A stretch of 64,000 nt of DNA, from contig CAZIBN010000012.1 in the NCBI GenBank assembly GCA_964537395.1, positions 633-64,632 of the forward strand, in the 5' to 3' direction. The notes under the pieces are model-generated. The model had not been told where the DNA came from. It did not search any database and saw nothing but the letters and a program-made list of their open reading frames with translations. Origin of the DNA: an uncultured Elusimicrobia bacterium. GTDB taxonomy: Bacteria > Elusimicrobiota > Elusimicrobia > UBA1565 > UBA9628. The position numbers and the translations under genes are program-made. Shown here piece by piece: positions 50,263 through 58,707 of this stretch. Positions within the stretch are counted from its first letter, which is position 1; every line of letters begins with the position of its first letter.

Positions 50263-51053
50263 TAGCTGGAGCTGGAGGTGTAGCGGGCGACGGAGTTCTT
50301 CCAGAACAGCCAGGAAAGGGGGAGCGCGACGGAGGTCAGGGCCAGGGCGTAGACGACCCAGCCGGCGGACAGGCGTCCGAGCAAGGCTTTGGCGGGGAAC
50401 GTCGTCATGACCGCGATCGGGATGCCCAAGGTCAGAGCCCAGCGCACGGCGGGCGCGTACACGTCCACGGGGAACTTGCCCATGAACATCACGTCGCGGT
50501 AGATCCAGATGGCGCTTTCGAGCTCCTGGGTGCGCACGGCGAGGGCTGCGACGAGGATGTGGATCGCGTAGATCAGAGCCACGCCGTTGGCCATCAGCAG
50601 GGCATAGGCGGCGTATCGCTCCCAGCCCAGCGGCGGCAGGCGCGCGAAGACCATGCCCGTCATAACGATGACCGGCATGATGGTGATGATGTCGAGGAAG
50701 TCCACGGACGAGCAGGTCATGCGGAATAAAGGAGAGCAGGGCTGGACGAGGTAAAAGTCGAAGTCGCCCTCGCTGACGGTGCGCCGCGCCCCGTAAACGC
50801 CGCGAAAGAAGATCTGCGCGGTCATGTCCACGAGGTTGAAGGTCATGAAAAACAACGCCGTCTCGACGAGCGAATAGCCGGCGACGGTCTCGACATGCTG
50901 AAAGACGGCGGCCATGAAGGCGAAGAAGAAGAAAAGCCGGATCATCTTGCCGAGCAAAAACCCGAAAGAGCCCAGGCGGTAGGTGAGCTGGGCCTGCATC
51001 GCCATCGACGCGGTGCGAAGCCAGATGCGCCAGTATTTTTGGGCGATCTGCAT
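50262..51053 (-). CDS. ABC-2 family transporter permease
   Basis: 6 TM segments, GDFDFYLVQP..P, FMGKFP; adjacent to the ABC ATPase. Confidence 0.88.
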   Translation of the reverse strand: MQIAQKYWRIWLRTASMAMQAQLTYRLGSFGFLLGKMIRLFFFFAFMAAVFQHVETVAGYSLVETALFFMTFNLVDMTAQIFFRGVYGARRTVSEGDFDFYLVQPCSPLFRMTCSSVDFLDIITIMPVIVMTGMVFARLPPLGWERYAAYALLMANGVALIYAIHILVAALAVRTQELESAIWIYRDVMFMGKFPVDVYAPAVRWALTLGIPIAVMTTFPAKALLGRLSAGWVVYALALTSVALPLSWLFWKNSVARYTSSSS

Positions 51054-51847
51054 TAGCCGCCCTCAGCGGCGTAGGAGCGCACGCCGCGCTTCCAGACCAT
51101 CATCGCCGCGCCGAACACGGCCGCGAACCACAGGGCTTCCATCCCGAGTATGCGCAGGGCCTCGCTCAGCGAGACCTTCTCAAGGAAGATCCGGACCGGG
51201 AAATAGACCATGTAGGGGAACGGCGTCATCTCGAGCGCCCGGCGCAAGGCCGCGGGCAATACGTCGAGGGGGAAGAAGGCTCCGGCCGCGAACTGCAGGA
51301 ACAGCTCGAAGCAGAACAAGGGGCCGCCGGACTCCGAGGTCCAGAAGGCGAGCGAGCTGATCATGAATTCCAGAAAAAAGAACAGCAAAGACGAGAGCAG
51401 CACTGCGACGCCGAACAGAAGCCAGGTCGCGGGATCCTTCGGGAGAAAGAGCTCGCCTTGGACCATAACGGCAAGCAGGCTTACCTCGAACACGGACGCG
51501 GCGACGTGAACCGTTTTTTGCGCCATATCGAGGGCCAACGCGTAGCCGTAATAATGGAGCGGGCGGATGATGTAGGACGAGATCCTTCCGCTCGAGATCT
51601 CGCCGACCAGCTGCCAGCCGCGGCCGGTGAACACGAACGAGCGCAGGATGTTCAGCGCGAGCACGTAGGTCAGCATCTCGGCGCGCGTGTAGCCGAGGAA
51701 GCTCGCCTTGTCCCCGATCAGCGCGGTCCAGAACGAGTACAGGCTGACGACCACCGCGAAGCCGCCGAGGCGGTCCATGATCAAGGTCGAGCGGCGCTGG
51801 AGAGTTTCCTGGAGCGCTATCTGGTAGGCGACCCAGTATTTCTTCAT
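51053..51847 (-). CDS. ABC-2 family transporter permease
   Basis: EISSGRISSYIIRP, AGAFFPLD, PFPY..YFP. Confidence 0.88.
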   Translation of the reverse strand: MKKYWVAYQIALQETLQRRSTLIMDRLGGFAVVVSLYSFWTALIGDKASFLGYTRAEMLTYVLALNILRSFVFTGRGWQLVGEISSGRISSYIIRPLHYYGYALALDMAQKTVHVAASVFEVSLLAVMVQGELFLPKDPATWLLFGVAVLLSSLLFFFLEFMISSLAFWTSESGGPLFCFELFLQFAAGAFFPLDVLPAALRRALEMTPFPYMVYFPVRIFLEKVSLSEALRILGMEALWFAAVFGAAMMVWKRGVRSYAAEGG

Positions 51848-52821
51848 GCGTGCGTGAACAGGCGGCGCACGATGTCGTCGATGGCGACGTCCTCCACGTT
51901 CAGGTCGGCGATGGGATAGGAGCGCAGGAGCGCGGCGGCGCTGGCGGCCATATTCGCGCGAGGGACCTCGAGGGTGACGATCGAATCCTCGTACTTGACC
52001 ACGGTCCCGAGGCTCTTAAGGTCGGCGGGGTCGACTTGGGTCGTGAAGCGCGCGCGTATGATCTTGTGATCCGCGTAGCGCTCGACGAGGCGGTCGAGCG
52101 CGCCGTCGTAGAGCAGGCGGCCCTTCTCGATGACGATCACCCGCTTGCACAGCTCGACGACATCGGTCATGTTGTGGCTCGTGAGCATGATGGTGGCCCC
52201 CGAGCGCTTGTTATAGGCCTTGATGAACTCACGCACGTTCTTCTGCATCACGACGTCGAGGCCGATGGTGGGCTCATCAAGTAGAAGAAGCCGCGGACGA
52301 TGCAGGAGCGCGGCGGCCAGCTCGCAGCGCATGCGCTGGCCCAGCGAGAGCTTCTTGACCGGCACCGACAGGTGCTCGCCGAGCTCGAGCAGCTCGACGA
52401 GCTCGTCAAGATGGATGCGGAAGTCCGCATCCGACAGGCCGTAGATCGCCTGGTTGAGCTTGAAGGTCTCGAAGGCGGGAATCTCCCACCACAGCTGAGA
52501 GCGCTGGCCCATGACGAGCGAGATCGAGCGTTGGAAATCCGGCTCCCGCTTCCAGGGGACGTGTCCCAGGGCCGTCGCCGAGCCCGCGGTCGGCGTCAGC
52601 AGTCCGGAGAGCATCTTGAGCGTGGTCGTCTTGCCGGCGCCGTTGGCGCCGAGAAAGCCGACGAGCTCGCCTTCTTCAATGGAAAAAGACACATCGTCGA
52701 CGGCGCGCGTATCCTTGTATTTGCGATCGAACAACGATTTGACGCCGCCCCACAGCCCCGGCTCCTTGAGGGGGGCGCGGTAGTCCTTGGTGAGGCCCTT
52801 CGTCTCGATTGCTAAGGCCAC
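51844..52821 (-). CDS. ABC transporter ATP-binding protein
   Basis: GANGAGKTT, LSLGQR, LLLDEPT, TSH. GTG start 52821. Confidence 0.93.
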   Translation of the reverse strand: MALAIETKGLTKDYRAPLKEPGLWGGVKSLFDRKYKDTRAVDDVSFSIEEGELVGFLGANGAGKTTTLKMLSGLLTPTAGSATALGHVPWKREPDFQRSISLVMGQRSQLWWEIPAFETFKLNQAIYGLSDADFRIHLDELVELLELGEHLSVPVKKLSLGQRMRCELAAALLHRPRLLLLDEPTIGLDVVMQKNVREFIKAYNKRSGATIMLTSHNMTDVVELCKRVIVIEKGRLLYDGALDRLVERYADHKIIRARFTTQVDPADLKSLGTVVKYEDSIVTLEVPRANMAASAAALLRSYPIADLNVEDVAIDDIVRRLFTHA

Positions 52822-52823
52822 GG

Positions 52824-53366
52824 CTAGCCGCGGCGACCGATCTCGCTCATGTAGGAGAGGGTCTTGAGGCCGTCCATACGGTCGAGGTAGACGAGCCCGT
52901 TGAGATGGTCGGTCTCGTGCTGGACGACGCGGGCGGGGAAGCCCTCGTAGATCTTCTTGAAGGGCTTGCCGTCGAGGCCGTGGCCGCTGAGCTCGAGCTT
53001 GCTGTGGCGGCGCACCATGCCGCGCAGCTCGGGGACCGAGAGGCATCCCTCCCAGTCCTCCTCGAACTCGTCGCCGATCGGCTTGATGACCGGGTTGAAG
53101 ACGACGGTCAGCGCGATGCCGTCGGGGTGGCGCTTGGTGCCTTTGGGCAGGCCCATGACGAACACGGAGAGGTCCTCGCCGACCTGGTTGCCGGCGACGC
53201 CGACGCCGTCGTACTCGTCCATCGTGACGGCCATCTCCTGGACGAGGCGGCGGATTTCCTCTGAACGGATCTCATCGGGCTTTATTTTGCGCAGGATCTT
53301 GCGCAGGACGGGATGACCGAGTTGCGTGACCTTACGGACGCCGGTGCCGACGATTTGCGCGCTCAT
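52824..53366 (-). CDS. def: Peptide deformylase
   Basis: GVGVAGNQ, EGCLS, QHETDHL. Confidence 0.95.
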   Translation of the reverse strand: MSAQIVGTGVRKVTQLGHPVLRKILRKIKPDEIRSEEIRRLVQEMAVTMDEYDGVGVAGNQVGEDLSVFVMGLPKGTKRHPDGIALTVVFNPVIKPIGDEFEEDWEGCLSVPELRGMVRRHSKLELSGHGLDGKPFKKIYEGFPARVVQHETDHLNGLVYLDRMDGLKTLSYMSEIGRRG

Positions 53367-53410
53367 GGATTCATTTTGCCATATCCGGACTTATTTCGTC
53401 ATCTGAGGAC

Positions 53411-53449
53411 TTATCCCCAGCGTTTCCAACGTTGAAAGTAGGGGGATAA
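53411..53449. promoter_or_regulatory. Pair of inward-facing DnaA-box-like sites
   Basis: TTATCCCCA (53411-53419, 8/9 to TTATCCACA) and GGGGGATAA (53441-53449, 7/9). Confidence 0.45.
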
Positions 53450-53487
53450 CTTTGACGGCCCGTGATTTTGATACTCTCGATCTACTC

Positions 53488-54579
53488 ATGGGTAAGCGCA
53501 TCGTCGTCAAGGTCGGCTCGGGCGTGCTGTCGGGCGGAGGCGAGGGCCTCGACAGCGCCGTATTGAGACGGCTCGCGGGAGAGATCGCGAAGGCGCGCGC
53601 GGCCGGCGATGAGGTCGTGCTGGTGTCCTCGGGCGCCATCCTCGCGGGGCGGGAGCGGCTGAAGCTCGAGAAGCGCCCCAGCGTCCAGCTCAAGCAGGCC
53701 GCCGCCGCCGTCGGTCAAAGCCGGCTCATGCGGGCGTGGGAGGCCGCGTTCGCGCGGCCGAAGATCACGGTGGCGCAGGTCCTGCTCTCCGGCGACGACC
53801 TGCATCACCGCGAGCGTTATCTCAACGCGCGCAACACCTTGCTCACGCTCCTGCGGTTGGGAGTCGTTCCGGTCGTCAACGAGAACGACACGGTCGCCGT
53901 CGAGGAGATCAAGTTCGGCGACAACGACGGCCTGTCGGCGCTCGTCGCCGGGCTTGTGGACGCCAGCCTCCTCATCCTGCTCACCGACCAGGACGGACTT
54001 TATCTGGACGACCCGCGCGTGGATCCCGAGGCGGCCCTGATCTCCGAGGTGCTGCCCGGCGCGCAGCCCGCGCGCATAGGCAAGGCCGGGCCGTGGGGCA
54101 CGGGCGGCATGGAGTCCAAGGTGCGCGCCGCGCGGCAGGCGGCCGAGGGCGGGGTTCTCGCGGTCATCGCGAACGGCACGAAGGCGGGGATACTGTCGGC
54201 GGTGCTCGCCGGCAAGGGCGTCGGAACGCGCTTCTTGCCCGACGACAAACCGCTCGCCAAGCGACGGCAGTGGCTTGCGTTCGCCTCGCATCCGAAAGGG
54301 CGCATCGTCGTGGACGCGGGGGCGCGCGAGGCGTTGACGGCCAAGGCGAGGAGCCTGCTCGCCTCGGGCGTGAAGAGCCTGTCGAGCGCCTTCGAGCCGG
54401 GCGATGTCGTGAGCCTGGTCGAGAACGGGGTCGAGTTCGCGCGCGGGCTCACGAACTTCAGCTCGCGGGACCTTGAGAAGATCAAAGGTATGAAGACCTC
54501 TCAGATCGAGGGGATCCTCGGTCATAAGCCGGCCGACGAGGTCGTGCATCGGGACAATATGGCGGTGTTGAAAAAATGA
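53488..54579 (+). CDS. proB: Glutamate 5-kinase with PUA domain
   Basis: IVVKVGS, SSGA, NENDTV...FGDND, GTGGMESK, C-terminal PUA. ATG 53488 is preferred. Confidence 0.96.
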   Translation: MGKRIVVKVGSGVLSGGGEGLDSAVLRRLAGEIAKARAAGDEVVLVSSGAILAGRERLKLEKRPSVQLKQAAAAVGQSRLMRAWEAAFARPKITVAQVLLSGDDLHHRERYLNARNTLLTLLRLGVVPVVNENDTVAVEEIKFGDNDGLSALVAGLVDASLLILLTDQDGLYLDDPRVDPEAALISEVLPGAQPARIGKAGPWGTGGMESKVRAARQAAEGGVLAVIANGTKAGILSAVLAGKGVGTRFLPDDKPLAKRRQWLAFASHPKGRIVVDAGAREALTAKARSLLASGVKSLSSAFEPGDVVSLVENGVEFARGLTNFSSRDLEKIKGMKTSQIEGILGHKPADEVVHRDNMAVLKK

Positions 54580-54592
54580 CTCGCCTCGCCGG

Positions 54593-54652
54593 TTATCCAC
54601 AGCGTTGTGCTCAGCTGTTGTTGACAACAGTTGGAACGCCTGTTGTGGATAA
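54593..54652. promoter_or_regulatory. Two perfect DnaA boxes in inverted orientation
   Basis: TTATCCACA (54593-54601) and TGTGGATAA (54644-54652) in the 91-nt proB-proA gap. Confidence 0.7.
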
Positions 54653-54670
54653 GTTCACTTCTGAAATAAG

Positions 54671-55921
54671 ATGAATATCGAAAAAATGGCGCTTGAGGCG
54701 AAAGCGGCGTCGCGGGTGCTCGCGCGCGCATCCACGACGCTCAAGAATACGGCTTTGTTGGAAATGGCCCGGGCCCTGCGCAAGCGCTCGGGGAAGATAT
54801 TAACGGCAAATAGGCTTGAACTCGCGGCGGTGAGAAAAACGTCCCGGAGCGCCGCCTTTGTCGAGAGGATGACTTTGAACGGCGAACGGATCGAGGATAT
54901 CGCGCGGGCCCTGGAACATGTCGCCAAGCTCCCCGATCCGGTGGGACGGACAACGGAATTCGCGAAGCGGCCGAACGGATTGAGGATTCAAAAGATGAGA
55001 GTGCCGCTTGGTGTTGTGGCCATCATTTACGAATCCCGCCCCGGCGTGACCGCCGATGCCGCGGGATTGTGCATCAAGTCCGGCAACGCCGCGATCCTTC
55101 GCGGCGGCAAGGAAACCGTCAAGACGAACCATGTGATCGCCGAAGCCTTGCGCGAGGGCATGAAAAAATCAGGTCTCCCGGCAGGATCGGTCGGGTTCGT
55201 GAATGATCCCGATCGCGCGGCGGTCAAGCGGTTATTGCAGCTGGATGCCCTGATCGATCTCGTGATTCCGCGCGGAGGATCGGAGCTGACCACGGCGGTC
55301 CGGCATGAGTCGCTCATCCCCGTTTTGGCCCACGACAAGGGGCTTTGCCATACCTATGTCGATGAAAAAGCCGACCTCGCCATGGCGATGGCGATCGCGT
55401 TGAACGCCAAGGCGGAACGGCCGGGCGTGTGCAACGCGATGGAAACGCTTTTGGTGCATGCGAAAATCGCGAAGCGATTTTTGCCGGGCCTGGCCGCGAG
55501 GTTCGCGGCCGCCGGCGTCGAGCTGAGAGGCTGTCCGAAAACCCGGAAGATCCTCCCGAAGATTAAAACGGCAACGAAGCGTGACTGGGATACCGAATAC
55601 CTGGCCCTGATCCTCTCCGTTAAGATCGTCTCATCCATCGAAGAGGCCATCGGGCATATCGCGCGGCACGGCTCGGGCCTCGCAGAGGCCATCGTCACCG
55701 CCGACCGTAAACACGCGGAGCGATTCCTGCGCGAGGTCGACGCCGGGGCCGTGTATGTGAACGCGTCCACCCGCTTCACCGACGGAGGGGAGTTCGGGCT
55801 CGGCGCGGAGATGGGGATCAGCACGCAGAAATTGCACGCACGCGGACCCGTGGGGCTCGTGGGGCTGACCTGCGAGAAATTCGTCGTGCACGGGAAAGGG
55901 CAGGTCCGATGCTCGAGCTGA
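54671..55921 (+). CDS. proA: Gamma-glutamyl phosphate reductase
   Basis: VPLGVVAIIYESRP, CNAMETLLVH, NASTRFTDG.EFG.GAEMGISTQKLHARGP. Confidence 0.97.
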   Translation: MNIEKMALEAKAASRVLARASTTLKNTALLEMARALRKRSGKILTANRLELAAVRKTSRSAAFVERMTLNGERIEDIARALEHVAKLPDPVGRTTEFAKRPNGLRIQKMRVPLGVVAIIYESRPGVTADAAGLCIKSGNAAILRGGKETVKTNHVIAEALREGMKKSGLPAGSVGFVNDPDRAAVKRLLQLDALIDLVIPRGGSELTTAVRHESLIPVLAHDKGLCHTYVDEKADLAMAMAIALNAKAERPGVCNAMETLLVHAKIAKRFLPGLAARFAAAGVELRGCPKTRKILPKIKTATKRDWDTEYLALILSVKIVSSIEEAIGHIARHGSGLAEAIVTADRKHAERFLREVDAGAVYVNASTRFTDGGEFGLGAEMGISTQKLHARGPVGLVGLTCEKFVVHGKGQVRCSS

Positions 55922-56718
55922 ACGGCAAAACGGCTCTCATCACGGGCGGGGCCGGCGGATTGGGCTTTGCAACCGCGCTTGCCCTCGGGCGGGAAGGGAT
56001 GAAGGTGGCGCTGTGGGATCTCAACGGCGAACGCGTCGAGGAGAGGGCGGCGGCGCTTCGTGCCGACGGATTTACGGCAAAGGGATGGGGATTGGATGTG
56101 ACGGATCCTTCCGCGGTGCGGGAAGGAGCGCTGCAGGTGGAGCGTGAATTCGGAAACGTCGATTTGCTGGACAACAACGCCGGAGTGCATGCGCCCGGAG
56201 ACTTTTTACAATCAACCGACGAAGAAATTAAAAGGCAGATCGAAGTGAACATCAATTCGTACTTGTGGTGCACCAAGGCTTTTCTTCCCGGAATGATCGC
56301 CCGCAATTCCGGACATGTGATCATGATCGCCTCGGCGGCGGGCCTTCTCGGAGTCCCGGGGATGACCGTCTACAGTGCGACCAAGCATGCAGTCGTCGGC
56401 TTCGCCGAATCCCTCCGGATGGAGCTTCGTCGCGGCGGCGCGACCGGCGTCGGCATGACCATCGTCTGCCCGAGCTTCATCGATACCGGGATGTTTCCCA
56501 ACACGACGCCGCCTCTGTTCACGCCGTGGCTCAAGCCCGAGGCGCTCGCCGAGAAGATCGTCGCGGCCGTTCGCGCGGATCGCCTCTATGTGCGGGAGCC
56601 GTCGATGGTGAAGCTCATCCCGCTCGTCAAGGCCCTGCCCCGCGTCGTCGCCGACGCGCTGTGTTCGTTGACCGGAATGGACCGCTCGCTGCAGGGTCCG
56701 TCCGCGAAAAAACACTGA
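55909..56718 (+). CDS. Short-chain dehydrogenase/reductase
   Basis: TGGAGGLG, NNAG, S...YSATK. Confidence 0.92.
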   Translation: MLELNGKTALITGGAGGLGFATALALGREGMKVALWDLNGERVEERAAALRADGFTAKGWGLDVTDPSAVREGALQVEREFGNVDLLDNNAGVHAPGDFLQSTDEEIKRQIEVNINSYLWCTKAFLPGMIARNSGHVIMIASAAGLLGVPGMTVYSATKHAVVGFAESLRMELRRGGATGVGMTIVCPSFIDTGMFPNTTPPLFTPWLKPEALAEKIVAAVRADRLYVREPSMVKLIPLVKALPRVVADALCSLTGMDRSLQGPSAKKH

Positions 56719-56767
56719 CATTCTGGGCCTTGACGCCCTCACGAATCGGGGTTAAAGTGAGGTTAAG

Positions 56768-57820
56768 ATGGTTGAAAATCTCGAGCACCTCATACGACGC
56801 GCGTCCCTGAATCCGCGCCTGCCGCGCACGGCTTTATATAAGGAGCTCCTGCGCTCGGAAACCTATCTATTGACCGTCGATTCTCCGCTCGAAGACGGCG
56901 AGGTCAAGCGCGTCACCAAGCCCGACGCCTCGTTCCCGGTCTGGGCCGACAAGGATCCCGAGCTCGGCGGGGTGTGGGTTCCGCTGTTCCCCGCGCGTGA
57001 CCGCGTGCGCGACTTCGTCGCGGCGCGCAAGCTCAAGACGCCGAAGGGTAAGGAATTCCTGTGGATGGGGCATATGCCCGGCCAGGTGTTCAGCCTGCTC
57101 CGCGGGGTTCGTCGCTTCGCGGGCATCAAACTTTTTCTCGATCCTGACCTGTCCGTGTCGGTCCCGTGGAGCGAGGTGCGCGCTCTGTCCGAGGGCAAGA
57201 TCGCGGACGAAGGCCCGAAGCGTTATGAGTTGCCGTTCGAGCGGCTCGTGATCCCGGCCGGGGCGCGTCTTTCCTTCGGGAAGATGAAGCCGTGGGAGGG
57301 CGAGGAAAAGCCCGTTCTCATGCTCATGCCCGACGCCGGGAAGTTCGCGCCCGAGGATCTGCGGCGGTTGGTGCGTCTGCCCCTCGACTCGAAGCACGCA
57401 TGGATGCCGGTCCGTCATTTTCTCCAGATGATGCGCCGCCTGCAGACGCTCAGCGGCGAAGGCGCCCGTTATCTCGAGGATCTGTTCGCGTCGTTGCTCG
57501 CCTTCGAGATGTACGGCGAGGCTGAGGCGCTGTGCGAGTGGTTCGAGCACCGCGGGCACCAGGCCTATGCCTGGGTCGGCCTGTCGGCGATCTACGGCCG
57601 TTGCGGGCGCATGGAGGAGTGCGCGGACCTGTGCCTCCGGGCGCTGGCGAAGTATCCCGAGGAGCGCTCGTTCCACATCAACGGCATACGCGCCTTGGCG
57701 GCCCTGGGACGGCTTGAAGACGCCGCCCGTTATGCGGCGGCGGCCGTGCTCCGCTTCCCTGGCGATGCGGTTTTGGCGGCTTTACGCGCTAAGGTCGCTC
57801 CTGTTGCCGTTGCCCATTAA
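56768..57820 (+). CDS. SseB-like N-terminal domain plus C-terminal TPR protein
   Basis: LYKELLRSE.YLL ... VPLF ... FSLL pattern recalls the SseB family; TPR-like helices at the C-terminus. Confidence 0.55.
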   Translation: MVENLEHLIRRASLNPRLPRTALYKELLRSETYLLTVDSPLEDGEVKRVTKPDASFPVWADKDPELGGVWVPLFPARDRVRDFVAARKLKTPKGKEFLWMGHMPGQVFSLLRGVRRFAGIKLFLDPDLSVSVPWSEVRALSEGKIADEGPKRYELPFERLVIPAGARLSFGKMKPWEGEEKPVLMLMPDAGKFAPEDLRRLVRLPLDSKHAWMPVRHFLQMMRRLQTLSGEGARYLEDLFASLLAFEMYGEAEALCEWFEHRGHQAYAWVGLSAIYGRCGRMEECADLCLRALAKYPEERSFHINGIRALAALGRLEDAARYAAAAVLRFPGDAVLAALRAKVAPVAVAH

Positions 57821-57918
57821 AGCCGGGTAAATACAGTAAAAATAGGGTGAAATTCATCTCGTCCCTCTTGCGTGCCGGAGCCTTGGGGTCTACACTATGA
57901 GCGTCTTCGGAGGATGTC

Positions 57919-58707
57919 ATGAGCGAGCAAAACCAGTCCAATTTCCAGGCGTTCGGCGCAGGCCTTTTCGGCTTCGTCGCCGTCATGGCTATCGGTGGTG
58001 GCGCCCTGATGGTTCGCTCCTCCCAGCAGGCGAAGGCGGGGGCGAGGCCCGAAGCGGCAGCCGCCCCCATCGACCTCGGCTCCTCGATGCCGCGCCCATC
58101 GCTCTCTCCGGTTTCAGCTCAGAAGGAGCGCCGTGAGCAATCTCCCGCGCCGCTGACGGGCGAGGTGGAGGAGGCCGAGGCCTCTGAGGCTCCCGCCGTC
58201 GGATCCGCCAGCGGCGCCGCCGCGTCTCCAGAATCCGCTGCGAAAGCGCAATCGTCGGCGCCCCGGCTCGAGGTGACCCAGCATCTGGACAAGCCGGGCA
58301 ACGGCTCCTCGGCGACGGCCATCGTCAATAACACGCTTGCTCCGGAGGAGGCCCCTAGGGCCGCGGACAAGAAGGCCTTGGGCAAGAAGGCCGCGCCGAA
58401 GGTCGACCCGGCGGGCGGGGGCGCGATCGCGTCCGTGCATTATGGCGTGACCAACCGCAGCGAACTGATGGGGCGCGCGGCGGGGCCTGTCTATAACGTC
58501 AAGGGAGGCTCCGGCAAAGTCGACTCAGGAGCGACGGGCAAGATGGCTGCCGATGTCAACGCGAAGATCTCCGAGATTCAGAAACAGCTCGAGTCCGCCG
58601 GGCTTCCGGCTGAACAGCGCGCCAAGCTTCAGAAGAATCTTGAGGACGTGATCAAGGGCGTCGTCGGCCCCGCGATGACCGCTGAGCCCGCTAAGGCCGC
58701 TCAGTAA
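57919..58707 (+). CDS. Hypothetical membrane-anchored low-complexity protein
   Basis: GGAGG SD, N-terminal TM, A/P/S/E-rich linker, YGVTNRSELMGRAAGPVYN island. Confidence 0.7.
   Translation: MSEQNQSNFQAFGAGLFGFVAVMAIGGGALMVRSSQQAKAGARPEAAAAPIDLGSSMPRPSLSPVSAQKERREQSPAPLTGEVEEAEASEAPAVGSASGAAASPESAAKAQSSAPRLEVTQHLDKPGNGSSATAIVNNTLAPEEAPRAADKKALGKKAAPKVDPAGGGAIASVHYGVTNRSELMGRAAGPVYNVKGGSGKVDSGATGKMAADVNAKISEIQKQLESAGLPAEQRAKLQKNLEDVIKGVVGPAMTAEPAKAAQ

Noticed and set aside
54671-56420. Lower-GC stretches in proA/SDR (also folP, ispE-spoVG) as horizontally acquired islands
   Set aside because: These are core genes in conserved operon context with no mobility genes or boundary repeats. Weaker codon bias is a simpler explanation.
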